Part shown: positions 40,356-50,969 of the stretch, piece by piece
How the letters are laid out: each line of letters begins with the position of its first letter
How positions within the stretch are numbered: position 1 is the stretch's first letter
From: an uncultured Clostridia bacterium
Lineage (GTDB): Bacteria; Bacillota; Clostridia; Christensenellales; UBA1242
DNA length: 64,000 nucleotides
Assembly: GCA_944381245.1 (NCBI GenBank)
Contig: CALWKK010000001.1
Location: 331 to 64,330, forward strand
Direction of reading: 5' to 3'
Position numbers and translations under genes: made by a program
Notes under the pieces: model-generated
The model's input: the letters and a program-made list of their open reading frames with translations, nothing else
Databases searched by the model: none
Told to the model about the DNA's origin: nothing

Positions 40356-42620
40356 ATGAAAAAGGCAAAAAAAATTAGCTTGACTATTGCTATAAGTGTT
40401 ATATCAATATTTTTAATTATTGGTTTATTAACTTTTATTTTATTTTTATCTTTTTCAAGCAATTCCCATTTTGAGAAAAATAAGCTTATTAATACTAATT
40501 TAAAAATTGATGTTTATGATAGTAAAAATAATTTAATTTCTGATAAAAATATGTTTAATAATCAATATGTTAAATTAGAAAATATAAATCAAGAAACAAT
40601 TGATGCTTTTATTTCAATTGAAGATAAAAATTTTTATAATCATAATGGTATCAATATAAAAAGAATAGGCGGCGCTCTGATTAAAAATATTTTAAATGGT
40701 AAAACAATTCAAGGAGCATCAACAATTTCTCAACAATTAATAAAAAATACACATTTAACAAGTGAAAAAACATATTCAAGAAAACTTAAAGAAATTATAT
40801 TGGCCTTGCAAATGGAAAAATCACTGTCCAAAGATGAAATATTAGAAAATTACTTAAACGTTATTTATTTTGGAAATAATATTTATGGAATTGAAAATGC
40901 ATCACAATTTTATTTTTCCAAGTCAACAAATGAACTTAATTTAGAAGAGAGTGCACTTCTTGCTGGTATTATAAAATCTCCGGCCAATTATTGTCCTATT
41001 AACAATACTGAAAATTGTTTAAAAAGAAGAAACTTAGTTTTAAGTGAAATGCAAAAAGACGGAAAAATAACAATTGAACAAAAAAACAGCGCTATAAAAA
41101 ATCCAATAAAACTTATTATAAATGAAAATTTTGATCATGGTCAAAATTCATATTCGCAATGCGCTATTGAAGAAGCAAGTAAAATTTTAAAAATTCCTGC
41201 AAAACAAATTGCTCTTGCTGAATATAAAATTTACACCCACTTTAATTTAGAAAAACAAAAAGCTTTAATTGAATCAGTTAATAATCAAGAATTGTCATTT
41301 GATCAAGCTGGAATTTCAATAAACAACAAAACTCGAGGTGTTGAAGCTTTTTATGCAAAGAGCGCTTATTCCGTTTTAAAAACCAAACGACAACCTGGTT
41401 CGACTATTAAACCTATTTTAGTTTATGGTCCAGCAATAAACGAAAATATATTAAGCCCAGCAACTAAAATATTAGATGAAGAAATTAATATAAATGGATA
41501 TTCTCCAAATAATTATTCAAAAAATTATAGTGGATATGTTAGTGTTAGAGAAGCAATAAGCAAATCAATTAATATACCTGCAGTCAAAACTTTATCTTAT
41601 GTTGGAATTCCAAAAGCAAAGAGATATTGTGAAAGACTCGGTATTAAATTTGATGAAAATGATAATGGATATGCACTTGCTCTTGGAGGTATGACTTTTG
41701 GTACAGACTTAAAAACTTTAACTGGTGCTTACACAATTTTTGCAAATAACGGAAACTTTATTCCAGCTTCTTTTATAACAAAAATAACAGACAAAAATGG
41801 CAAAGTTTTATATACTCCATTAAACATTGAAGACCAAGTTTTAAGAGAAGACTCAAATTTTTTAACTTTATCAACACTGCAAACTTGCGCAAAGGAAGGA
41901 ACTGCGAAAAAATTAAGCTCTCTACCTTATATGGTAGCAGCCAAAACTGGAACCGTTGGAAATAATATTAATAATTCTGATGCTTATAGCATAGCTTTAA
42001 CACAAAATGATACAGTTGGAATATGGATTGGAGATTTAAAAAATAATAATATTGGAAATTTAACTGGAGGTAATCAACCAACTGCCATTATTAAAACATA
42101 CTTTAATAAAATTTACAAAACAAACACTCCTAAAGATTTTGATATGCCTTCAAGCGTACAAAAAGTTGAAATTGACTCTATCGAATTAGAAAAAAATAAT
42201 ATCATATTAAAAGCAAATGATTACATACCAAAAAGATATATTGTTGAAGAAATTTTCTCGAGATTTAATTTGCCAAAAGAAAAATCAACTAATTTTTTAA
42301 AATTAAATCCTGCTCAATTATCTGGAAAAGTTGAAAATTCAAATTATATATTAGAATTTGAAGCTGAAAATTTTTTAACGTATGAATTGTATAGAGTTGA
42401 TGAACCAAACGATGTTTTAATAAAAACATTTGGTGGACAAGATGGTAAAATAACATTTACGATTCCTAAAACATCAAATAAAACTAAATTTTACATAATT
42501 TCAAAAATAAAAAATTACGCTACAAATCAAGAAATTTCAAGTGAAAAATCTAATTTAATAGAATTTATTAATACCAATTCATCACAAACTAAAACACAAA
42601 AATCAAAATGGTATGTTTAG
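40356..42620 (+). CDS. Class A penicillin-binding protein (PBP1A family glycosyltransferase/transpeptidase)
   Basis: GT51 motifs EDKNFYNHNGIN, GASTISQQL and RKLKE. Transpeptidase motifs GSTIKP (SxxK), SKN and KTGT. N-terminal TM anchor. Confidence 0.9.
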   Translation: MKKAKKISLTIAISVISIFLIIGLLTFILFLSFSSNSHFEKNKLINTNLKIDVYDSKNNLISDKNMFNNQYVKLENINQETIDAFISIEDKNFYNHNGINIKRIGGALIKNILNGKTIQGASTISQQLIKNTHLTSEKTYSRKLKEIILALQMEKSLSKDEILENYLNVIYFGNNIYGIENASQFYFSKSTNELNLEESALLAGIIKSPANYCPINNTENCLKRRNLVLSEMQKDGKITIEQKNSAIKNPIKLIINENFDHGQNSYSQCAIEEASKILKIPAKQIALAEYKIYTHFNLEKQKALIESVNNQELSFDQAGISINNKTRGVEAFYAKSAYSVLKTKRQPGSTIKPILVYGPAINENILSPATKILDEEININGYSPNNYSKNYSGYVSVREAISKSINIPAVKTLSYVGIPKAKRYCERLGIKFDENDNGYALALGGMTFGTDLKTLTGAYTIFANNGNFIPASFITKITDKNGKVLYTPLNIEDQVLREDSNFLTLSTLQTCAKEGTAKKLSSLPYMVAAKTGTVGNNINNSDAYSIALTQNDTVGIWIGDLKNNNIGNLTGGNQPTAIIKTYFNKIYKTNTPKDFDMPSSVQKVEIDSIELEKNNIILKANDYIPKRYIVEEIFSRFNLPKEKSTNFLKLNPAQLSGKVENSNYILEFEAENFLTYELYRVDEPNDVLIKTFGGQDGKITFTIPKTSNKTKFYIISKIKNYATNQEISSEKSNLIEFINTNSSQTKTQKSKWYV

Positions 42621-42629
42621 TTAATAAAT

Positions 42630-42971
42630 TTATGAATAAAGCAAACTTGCAACTTTTGAATATGCCCTAATCAATCCACCTGCACCTAATTTAATTCCTC
42701 CAAAATATCTTACAACAACTATTAAAGTGTTATTTTCTCCCTTTTTATTTATTACATTCAAAATTGGCTTACCTGCAGTCCCACTTGGTTCCCCATCGTC
42801 AAAAGCTTTTTCATAATTGTTGTTATCAAAAAATTTATATGCAAAACAAATATGTGTTGCCTTTTTATGCCTAATTTTTATATTTAATAATATTTTATTT
42901 ATTTCATCTAAACTTTTAACACTAAATTTTTCTCCGATGAATTTTGATTTTTTTATTACTATTTCCACCAT
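42630..42971 (-). CDS. IMPACT/YigZ-family N-terminal domain protein (UPF0029), short
   Basis: KKSKFIG, ATHICFAY, DDGEPSGTAGKPIL, VVVRYFGGIKLGAGGLIRAY. The C-terminal DUF1949-like half is missing. Confidence 0.8.
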   Translation of the reverse strand: MVEIVIKKSKFIGEKFSVKSLDEINKILLNIKIRHKKATHICFAYKFFDNNNYEKAFDDGEPSGTAGKPILNVINKKGENNTLIVVVRYFGGIKLGAGGLIRAYSKVASLLYS

Positions 42972-43029
42972 AATCTATTTTATATAATTAATTTTCCTAA
43001 ATCTTTTATAATACTAAAAATAAATAAAA

Positions 43030-44295
43030 TTAATTATTTAATATTATTTTAACTATGTTTTTTTTACCTTTTTTTAACAAAGCATAGCCGTCATTAAAGT
43101 CTTCATTTTTTAAAATTTGATTTGGATCTTTTATAAGATTATTATTCATAATTATTCCACCTTGGTTAACCAATCTCCTACCATCAGAAAAACTATTTAT
43201 TAATCCACTTTTTAAAGCAATTTCCAAAACTCTTACACCTTTTTCAATATCTTCTTTTGTCAAATTAAATGAAGGAGCATCTTCAATATTGCCTCCATCA
43301 CCAAAAAACGCTTCTGAAATTTTCATTGCATCTTTAGCATCTACTTCACCATGTATTAATTTTGTTATTTCATAAGCCATAAGTTTTTTTGCTTCTCTTA
43401 TATCTTTTTTTGCAAGTTCTTCTATTTCTGATATTTCATAATTTGTGAAAAGTTTTAATAATTTCACAACATCTCTATCATCAACATTTATAAAATATTG
43501 ATAAAATTCATATGGCGATGTTTTATCTTTTGATATCCAAAGAGCTCCTTTTGCTGTTTTCCCCATTTTTTTGTTGTTTGCATCTGTCAATAAAGGACTC
43601 GTTAAAGCTTGAAAATCTTCAGGATCTTTATTTTCAATAAAATTAAGTTTTCTTCCAAGTTCTGCTCCAGCAACTATATTCCCCCATTGATCACTTCCAC
43701 CTATTTGCAATTTACAATTATAATGTCTGTTTAAATATACAAAATCATATGCTTGAATTAACATATATCCCATTTCTAAAAATGTTAATCCACCTGCCTT
43801 AAGTCTACTTGAACATGCCTCCGAAGCTAACATATGATTAACATTAAAATGTTGCCCAATATTTCTCATGAAATCAACATAATCATATCCTCTTATCCAT
43901 TCTGCATTATTAACAATAATAGCTGGATTATTTCCATCAAGCTCAACAGCCTTTCCAATCATCTCTTTTAATTTTTGGTAATTTTTTTGAACAAAATCTC
44001 CATCTATCATTGCTCGCATATCATTTCTACCACTAGGATCTCCTATCATAGCTGTAGCTCCACCTAAAAGAACAATAACCTTATGGCCAGCTTGTTGAAA
44101 TTTTTTAAGCATTAATAACGAAAAAAAATGTCCAATATGTAAACTATCAGCAGTTGGATCATATCCACTGTAAACCGTTATAGGATCCCCGTTACACAAT
44201 TGTCTAATTTTTTCCTCATTTGTCATTTGATAAACAAATCCTCTTTCTTTCAAATGTTCAAATAGATTTTCCCTACTAATTTTAACTTCTTTCAT
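43030..44295 (-). CDS. tyrS: Tyrosine--tRNA ligase
   Basis: YSGYDPTADSLHIGH, KMGKT, C-terminal S4-like domain. Confidence 0.95.
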   Translation of the reverse strand: MKEVKISRENLFEHLKERGFVYQMTNEEKIRQLCNGDPITVYSGYDPTADSLHIGHFFSLLMLKKFQQAGHKVIVLLGGATAMIGDPSGRNDMRAMIDGDFVQKNYQKLKEMIGKAVELDGNNPAIIVNNAEWIRGYDYVDFMRNIGQHFNVNHMLASEACSSRLKAGGLTFLEMGYMLIQAYDFVYLNRHYNCKLQIGGSDQWGNIVAGAELGRKLNFIENKDPEDFQALTSPLLTDANNKKMGKTAKGALWISKDKTSPYEFYQYFINVDDRDVVKLLKLFTNYEISEIEELAKKDIREAKKLMAYEITKLIHGEVDAKDAMKISEAFFGDGGNIEDAPSFNLTKEDIEKGVRVLEIALKSGLINSFSDGRRLVNQGGIIMNNNLIKDPNQILKNEDFNDGYALLKKGKKNIVKIILNN

Positions 44296-44368
44296 TCAAA
44301 CTCCTAATTTTTAAAATAAACTAAAATAATTTTTTTGTCAAATTAAATTGTGATATTATAATAATACA

Positions 44369-44992
44369 ATGAGAGAAATAACAAATATAGTTAAATCTGG
44401 GAAGGAATCCTATTCAATATTTTTAGATGGATGTTTTTTTTGTAAACTTCAAGCCGAAACTATTTTAAAAAATAAAATTAAAGTTGGGAATTTTATTAAC
44501 AGTGAAGATTTGATTAATATTCAAGCTGAAGATGAAAAAATAACTGCCTTTAATAAATCTTTGTCATATTTGAAAAATATAAAAACAACAAAACAAGTTG
44601 AAGATTTTTTGTTTTCAAAGGGTTATACTAATAAAACAGTTGAATACTGCATAAAAAAGTTAAACGAATATAATTATCTTAATGATAAAGAGTTTGCTAA
44701 AATTTATATTAAATCTTATTCAAAGAAAAAAGGAAAAAGATTATTAGAATATGAATTGAAAACAAAAGGAATTAATCAAGAAATTATTAATGAATTATTT
44801 AATGATTATAAAAATAATAAAGAAGATATTTTGTTTATTGCTCAGAAATACTTAAACAATAAACAAAAAGATTTAAAAACAATAAAAAAACTTATTCAAC
44901 ATTTGTTCAGCAAAGGATTCACATATGACGAAATTAATCCTATAATAAATAATTTATATAATATTGGAGAAATAGATGAAAATTGGGACTGA
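44369..44992 (+). CDS. recX: Recombination regulator RecX
   Basis: Three-repeat helical pattern, including YLNDKEFAKIYIKSY and L.YEL..KGI. Confidence 0.75.
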   Translation: MREITNIVKSGKESYSIFLDGCFFCKLQAETILKNKIKVGNFINSEDLINIQAEDEKITAFNKSLSYLKNIKTTKQVEDFLFSKGYTNKTVEYCIKKLNEYNYLNDKEFAKIYIKSYSKKKGKRLLEYELKTKGINQEIINELFNDYKNNKEDILFIAQKYLNNKQKDLKTIKKLIQHLFSKGFTYDEINPIINNLYNIGEIDENWD

Positions 44993-45320
44993 TGTATTAG
45001 AAATAAATAGAATTAAAACAGATGAAAAATTTTTGGAAAAATTTTTAAATAAGCAAGAAATTGAATATATAAATAATTTTAATAAATCAAAAGAACGAAT
45101 TGCTGGATTTTTTTGTTGTAAAGAAGCAGTTTTTAAAGCATTAGATATGAAAATTTTTAAACCACATGATATTATTATATCTCATCATAAAAATGGAAAG
45201 CCTTATATAACTTTGACTGGAAACTCCTTAAAACATTTTAAAAACCAAAATTATAAAAATATTGATATTTCTATTAGTCATTCGAAAACTATTGCACAAG
45301 CTGTATGTATTATACATTAG
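44976..45320 (+). CDS. acpS: Holo-[acyl-carrier-protein] synthase
   Basis: IGTDVLEINRI, CKEAVFKAL, SISHS. Confidence 0.9.
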   Translation: MKIGTDVLEINRIKTDEKFLEKFLNKQEIEYINNFNKSKERIAGFFCCKEAVFKALDMKIFKPHDIIISHHKNGKPYITLTGNSLKHFKNQNYKNIDISISHSKTIAQAVCIIH

Positions 45321-46014
45321 AATTTTTTTTCGATTTTTTCTTTTTATTTTTTGATGATTTTACTTTTATTTCATCAACAATTTTATTTTCTTCTATTACT
45401 ATTTTATTTTTTTCTGGCATCAATGCATTAAGTACTTTTTCTTGTTGTTTATAGTTTTCATTAATTTGATTTAAATCGTTTTCAATAGTTATAAATTGTG
45501 TGCTATTCCCAACTTTTATAGAATCCTTAGTTTTCCCATTCCTTAACAATTCAACAGCTTTTTCAATCTTTTTTACTGGCTTGGACAAATTTGTATAAGT
45601 GAAATATAAAAATAACGCATAAGCTAACACAACCACACCCATCCAAATATATCTAGAAGTTGCATCATAAATTCCCAAGCCATCTCTTATTGCAGTTACA
45701 ATTTGCGTTTGCTCTCTAATATGTATGGTGAAAAAAAATAAAATTAAAAATACAAAAGTTACTGTTGGGGGTATAGTTGAAAAAAATATTTGTCTGTTTA
45801 AGGGTTGTTTTCTTATAAATCTAACAAAAACTATAAATCCTGAAATATTAGCTAAAATAAAAAGTATAATTCCAACATAGGTTCCCCAAGTTAATTCAAA
45901 CCTTAATCCCCCTGAGTTGTACTTTATTGAATTTAAAACATCTCCGAAGAAAAAAAGCAATCCTATATTAGTTATAATTGCAATAATTAACCAAATTTTT
46001 GTTGACGTTCTCAT
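45310..46014 (-). CDS. Hypothetical 4-TM membrane protein with HAMP-like linker and K-rich tail
   Basis: Four TM helices, then LSKPVKKIEKAVELLRNG (HAMP-like start) and a coiled-coil segment. No output domain. Confidence 0.4.
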   Translation of the reverse strand: MRTSTKIWLIIAIITNIGLLFFFGDVLNSIKYNSGGLRFELTWGTYVGIILFILANISGFIVFVRFIRKQPLNRQIFFSTIPPTVTFVFLILFFFTIHIREQTQIVTAIRDGLGIYDATSRYIWMGVVVLAYALFLYFTYTNLSKPVKKIEKAVELLRNGKTKDSIKVGNSTQFITIENDLNQINENYKQQEKVLNALMPEKNKIVIEENKIVDEIKVKSSKNKKKKSKKNSNV

Positions 46015-46113
46015 AAATGTATATTGTGTAACAATTTATTATTTATTCTTTATTTATAAATATTGTTGAATATATTAACCTTAATTACAAATAATATTTT
46101 TGAGGTGAAAAAA

Positions 46114-46584
46114 ATGGAAAATAATGAAAATGAAAAAAATGTTAAAATAGAAACTCAATCTTCAAATGAATTGTTATTAACATCAATTTATCAAAATGTT
46201 CAAACTGCTCTTCAGTCTCTAGATAATATTATGTCAAGCGTTAAATGCGATGCACTAGCATCAGAAATTTCAAGACAAGAAGCCGAATACAATATTATAT
46301 CTGAAGAATGTGAAATTATTGCTAAAGCCGAAGGAATAAATATTAAAGATAACAATATGTTTGAAAAAATAAGATTATGGAGTTCAATTAAAATGTCAAC
46401 TTTAACAGATAAATCAACAACTCATATTGCAGAAATGTTGTTACTTGGAACTTTCATGGGAACCCTTACTTGTATAAAAGATCAAGCTGAGCATTCGCAA
46501 GCTGATGAAGAAATTTTAAATTTATCAAAAAAATTATTAAATTTACAAGAAGAAAATATTGAAAAATTTAAAACTTATTTATGA
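46114..46584 (+). CDS. Hypothetical helical protein
   Basis: Start chosen at the ATG at 46114, 7 nt after GAGGTG (track ORF begins at 46063). No motif recognised. Confidence 0.4.
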   Translation: MENNENEKNVKIETQSSNELLLTSIYQNVQTALQSLDNIMSSVKCDALASEISRQEAEYNIISEECEIIAKAEGINIKDNNMFEKIRLWSSIKMSTLTDKSTTHIAEMLLLGTFMGTLTCIKDQAEHSQADEEILNLSKKLLNLQEENIEKFKTYL

Positions 46585-47133
46585 TTTTTTTTTAAATTCC
46601 TCTCTAACTCTTCCAATGCAAAAAGAATTGCTTGGAAGATTTTTTGTTACTGTTGTACCAGCTGCAATAAAACAACCATCTTCAATAACACAAGGAGCAA
46701 CAATATTACAATTACAGCCTATAAAAACATCATTCCCAATTTTACTTTCCTGTTTAATCTTCCCATTGTAATTTGCAAACACAACGCCACAACCTATATT
46801 AACTCTTTCTCCAATTATTGCATCTCCAACATACGCTAAATGGGCACATTTTGTATCATCATTAATTTTTGAATTTTTAATTTCAACAAAATTTCCAATT
46901 CTGCAATTATTCCCTATAATACTGTTATTTCTGATATGAGCATATGGACCTATATTAACATCTTGTCCAATTTGACTATTTATAATATAACTTGATAAAA
47001 TTTTAGTATTTTTTCTTATAATAGAGTTTTCTATATAACATTCCCCAACAATTTTAACATTATCTTCAATTAAAACATCGCCAACCAGTTTAGCATTTTT
47101 ATCTATTTCACAATTTTTTGAAATTTTTATCAT
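46579..47133 (-). CDS. Left-handed beta-helix acetyltransferase equivalent to the GlmU C-terminal domain only
   Basis: Collinear with GlmU residues about 270-450: IGPYAHIR, GNFVEIKNS, KCAHLAYVGDAIIGERVNIGCGVVFANYNGKIK, VFIGCNCNIVAP, IAAGTTVTKN. No nucleotidyltransferase domain. Confidence 0.75.
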   Translation of the reverse strand: MIKISKNCEIDKNAKLVGDVLIEDNVKIVGECYIENSIIRKNTKILSSYIINSQIGQDVNIGPYAHIRNNSIIGNNCRIGNFVEIKNSKINDDTKCAHLAYVGDAIIGERVNIGCGVVFANYNGKIKQESKIGNDVFIGCNCNIVAPCVIEDGCFIAAGTTVTKNLPSNSFCIGRVREEFKKKS

Positions 47134-47168
47134 AATATTATTTATTCAAAATTCTAAATTTTGTTACT

Positions 47169-48332
47169 TTAAAAAAAATCTGTTATTATTTTATTTGCAA
47201 TTAATATTCCTTTTTCTGTTAAACTTAAATTATTTTTTTCAATTTTTATTAAATTTAATTTTAAATATTTATCGATTAAATTTTTGTTTGTTTCAATTAA
47301 ATCATAATACTTTTCTTTGAATTTTACAAGATTTAAACCTTTTTTCAATCTTAATGATAACATAATGATTTCTTCAATTTCTTCTTGTAAACTTATTTTT
47401 TCTTCGTTTATAATATTATTAATATCCTGCTTAATAAAACAGTTCCAAAAATTTATATATTTCTGAATATTTTCAATATTTGCTTTTCTTGTGTTGTTTA
47501 AAAATGAGTGAGCTGAAACTCCAAATCCTATATATTCCTGTTCTCTCTCCCAATATACTAAATTATGCTTTGACTCATATCCATTTTTTGAAAAATTTGA
47601 TATTTCATATTGAAAAAATTTTTTTCTTCGTAAATATTTAATACTAAATTTATATAACTTTATTTGTTTTTTTTCATTTTCTTTCATAATCTTACTAGCT
47701 TTTGTATTTTCTTCAATTTGCAACATGTAACATGAAAAATGGTCAACATATTTATAACATTTGTTTATGATTTTTTTAATATCCCAAAGACTTTGATATG
47801 GTAATCCTATTATAAAATCAACGGAAATATTTCTTATTCCAATTTTTTTTATAGCTTTTAAACAATTTAAAACTTGTTTCTTATATTTTTTTGCTTCTTC
47901 TAAAGAAGATATTCTCCCGACTTTTAATAAAGATTTTTTATTAAAAGATTGCACCCCTAAACTAATTCTATTAATACCTATTTTTTTATATGCTTCTAAC
48001 TTTTGTTGATTTATAGAATTTGGGTTACACTCAACAGTTATTTCAATATCTGATGAAAATTTATATATTTTTTTTAATAAAAACATTACATTTTTTATAT
48101 ATTTAACATCTACACATGAAGGCGTTCCACCTCCAAAATAAAGCGTTTTTAATTCAAAATTTTTATATGGTTTACTTCTGTATAATATTTCATTTTTTAA
48201 TGCTTTAAAATAAGAATTTTTAGTTATATTATTAGAAACTATTGAACAAAAATTGCAATAGTAACATTTACTATCACAAAATGGAATGTGAATATATATA
48301 GAAATTTGTTTATTATCATTATTAATTTTCAT
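47169..48332 (-). CDS. hemW: Radical SAM heme chaperone HemW (HemN-like)
   Basis: [16 protein letters not shown] (CxxxCxxC), GGGTPS. Downstream of lepA, as is conserved in Bacillota. Confidence 0.85.
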   Translation of the reverse strand: MKINNDNKQISIYIHIPFCDSKCYYCNFCSIVSNNITKNSYFKALKNEILYRSKPYKNFELKTLYFGGGTPSCVDVKYIKNVMFLLKKIYKFSSDIEITVECNPNSINQQKLEAYKKIGINRISLGVQSFNKKSLLKVGRISSLEEAKKYKKQVLNCLKAIKKIGIRNISVDFIIGLPYQSLWDIKKIINKCYKYVDHFSCYMLQIEENTKASKIMKENEKKQIKLYKFSIKYLRRKKFFQYEISNFSKNGYESKHNLVYWEREQEYIGFGVSAHSFLNNTRKANIENIQKYINFWNCFIKQDINNIINEEKISLQEEIEEIIMLSLRLKKGLNLVKFKEKYYDLIETNKNLIDKYLKLNLIKIEKNNLSLTEKGILIANKIITDFF

Positions 48333-50127
48333 CTAATTTTAAAATACTCATAAAAGCTTCACTTGGAAGTTCAACAGAACCAATTTGCCTCATTTTTTTC
48401 TTTCCTGCTTTTTGTTTTTCCAAAAGTTTTCTTTTTCTTGAAATATCTCCTCCATAACATTTAGCTAAAACATCTTTTCTCATAGCTTTAACAGTTTCTC
48501 TTGCAATCACCTTATTCCCTATTGATGCTTGAATCGGAATTTCAAATAATTGTCTTGGGATTATATTTTTTAATTTTTCTGCTATAGCTCTACCTTTTGA
48601 ATATGCTTTATCTCTATGAACTATCAAACTTAATGCATCACATACTTCACCATTTAACATTATATCTAATTTGACTAGATCACTCTCTTCAAATCCTATA
48701 AATTCATAATCTAAACTTGCATAACCTCTTGTTCTTGATTTTAGACTGTCAAAAAAATCATAAATCATCTCATTTAATGGCAATTTGTAATCTAATCTAA
48801 CTCGATTCTTATCCATATATTGCAAATCAAGATAAACACCTCTTTTATCTTGACATAATTCCATTATTGCTCCAACATATTCAGGTGGTGTCAAAATATG
48901 AGTTTTGACAACAGGTTCTTCAATTTTTAATATTTCAGTTGGTTTTGGTAAAAGTGAAGGATTAGAAATAGAAATAACTTCACCATTGTTTTTAAAAACA
49001 TTATAAGCAACCCCTGGTGCTGTTGTTATTAAATCTAAATTAAATTCTCTTTCTAGTCTTTCTGTTATTATTTCCATATGTAAAAGTCCCAAAAATCCAC
49101 ATCTAAAGCCAAAACCTAAAGCCGTTGAATTCTCTGCTGTAAAAACTAAAGATGCATCATTTAGTTTTAATTTTTCAAGGGCATCTTTTAAATCAGCATA
49201 TCTTGAGCCATCAACCAAAAATATTCCACTAAAAACAACTGGTTGAACTGCTTTGTACCCCGGGAGAGGCAATTTCGTTGGATTTTCAAAATCAGTTATT
49301 GTATCTCCGACTTTCGTTTCAGAAACATTTTTTATGCTCGCACATATATATCCAACATCACCGGATAATAAAACATCTGTTTGTTGCATTCTAGGATTAA
49401 AAAATCCAACTTCTGTTACTTCAAAAACTTTTTTTGTTTCCATCATTTGGATTTTACTTCCAACCGATACTTTACCATCAAATATTCTTACTAAACATAT
49501 TGCACCTTTAAAATTATCATAAAAACTATCAAAAATTAATGCTTTTAAGGGCGCCTTTTCATCACCTTTTGGTGCTGGAACTTTTTCGACAATCATATCT
49601 AAAACATCAGATATATTTATTCCTTCCTTGGCTGAAATTGCTGGAGCATCACTTGCGTCTAATCCTATGACATCTTCTATTTCTTTTCTAGTTTTTTCAA
49701 TGTCAGCACTTGGCAAATCAATTTTATTTATTACTGGTAAAATTTCCAAATTATTGTCTAATGCCAAATAACAGTTAGCTAAAGTTTGCGCCTCAACTCC
49801 CTGTGCTGCATCAACTATTAAAATTGCTCCTTCACACGCTGCAAGAGATCTAGAAACTTCATAAGTAAAATCTACATGCCCAGGAGTGTCAATTAAATTT
49901 AATATATATTGTTCTCCATTTTTTATGTACTTCATTCTTGTTGGTGTTAATTTTATTGTTATTCCTCTTTCTCTTTCAAGTTCCATACTATCTAATAGTT
50001 GATTTTCCATTTCGCGCTTAGGCACTGTTTGAGTTTCTTCCAAAAGTCTATCTGCAAGAGTACTCTTACCATGATCAATATGAGCAACTATAGAAAAGTT
50101 GCGTATTTTATTTATTCTTGAATCCAT
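48322..50127 (-). CDS. lepA: Elongation factor 4 (LepA)
   Basis: [30 protein letters not shown]-terminal LepA domain. Start is the ATG at 50127; the track ORF extends to 50163. Confidence 0.95.
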   Translation of the reverse strand: MDSRINKIRNFSIVAHIDHGKSTLADRLLEETQTVPKREMENQLLDSMELERERGITIKLTPTRMKYIKNGEQYILNLIDTPGHVDFTYEVSRSLAACEGAILIVDAAQGVEAQTLANCYLALDNNLEILPVINKIDLPSADIEKTRKEIEDVIGLDASDAPAISAKEGINISDVLDMIVEKVPAPKGDEKAPLKALIFDSFYDNFKGAICLVRIFDGKVSVGSKIQMMETKKVFEVTEVGFFNPRMQQTDVLLSGDVGYICASIKNVSETKVGDTITDFENPTKLPLPGYKAVQPVVFSGIFLVDGSRYADLKDALEKLKLNDASLVFTAENSTALGFGFRCGFLGLLHMEIITERLEREFNLDLITTAPGVAYNVFKNNGEVISISNPSLLPKPTEILKIEEPVVKTHILTPPEYVGAIMELCQDKRGVYLDLQYMDKNRVRLDYKLPLNEMIYDFFDSLKSRTRGYASLDYEFIGFEESDLVKLDIMLNGEVCDALSLIVHRDKAYSKGRAIAEKLKNIIPRQLFEIPIQASIGNKVIARETVKAMRKDVLAKCYGGDISRKRKLLEKQKAGKKKMRQIGSVELPSEAFMSILKLDEN

Positions 50128-50237
50128 AATTATTATTATAAAATAATTATTTTTAATGAGCAAGTTTTTTTAAGATTAAAAATTGTTTTTGTAAATAAAA
50201 TATTTATGATAGAATATATAATATTGTGAGGATTAAA

Positions 50238-50963
50238 ATGGATTTATTTAAAACATGGTTAGTTGAAAAATATATTGCACATAGAGGATTTCATGATAGC
50301 GAGTCCCCTGAAAACTCAATAACAGCTTTTAAAAAAGCAATTGAAAATGGTTATGTAATAGAACTTGATGTTCAAGAAATTTCAGATGGAACAATTATTG
50401 TTTTTCATGATGCTTCTCTATCTAGAATGACTGGACAAGATGGTTATGTTAGATATTTAACCAAAGCCGACTTAAAACATTGCTATTTAAATAATACAAA
50501 AGAAACGATTCCTACTTTTGAAGAAGTATTAAATGTAATAAAAGGGCAAACTCCTATAATTATTGAGATAAAAAACAATTCAAAGCCTGGAAAACTAGAA
50601 ACTAAATTAGTTGAATTGTTAAAAAATTATAAAGGCGATTTTGCAATTATGTCTTTCAATCCATATGTTTTAAAATGGTTTAAGGACAATCATCCAAATA
50701 TAATAAGAGGTCAACTATCTTCATTCTTTAAATCTGAAAAACTTGCTTTTTTAAAAAAATTAATTTTAAAGAGAATGATATTAAATAAAGTCTCAAACCC
50801 AAATTTTATAGCTTATAACGCTCAAAATTTACCAAATCGTTTTGTTAGAAAATATAAAACTTTACCATTGCTTGCATGGACAATAAGATCACAAGAAGAA
50901 TATATGAAAATTGTTAAACATTGTGATAACATAATTTTTGAAGGATTCCAACCAAAAATATAA
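50238..50963 (+). CDS. Glycerophosphodiester phosphodiesterase family protein
   Basis: IAHRGF...PENSITAF...IELDVQ...VFHD. ATG at 50238 is preceded by GAGGA; the track ORF begins at GTG 50226. Confidence 0.8.
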   Translation: MDLFKTWLVEKYIAHRGFHDSESPENSITAFKKAIENGYVIELDVQEISDGTIIVFHDASLSRMTGQDGYVRYLTKADLKHCYLNNTKETIPTFEEVLNVIKGQTPIIIEIKNNSKPGKLETKLVELLKNYKGDFAIMSFNPYVLKWFKDNHPNIIRGQLSSFFKSEKLAFLKKLILKRMILNKVSNPNFIAYNAQNLPNRFVRKYKTLPLLAWTIRSQEEYMKIVKHCDNIIFEGFQPKI

Positions 50964-50969
50964 TCGTAA

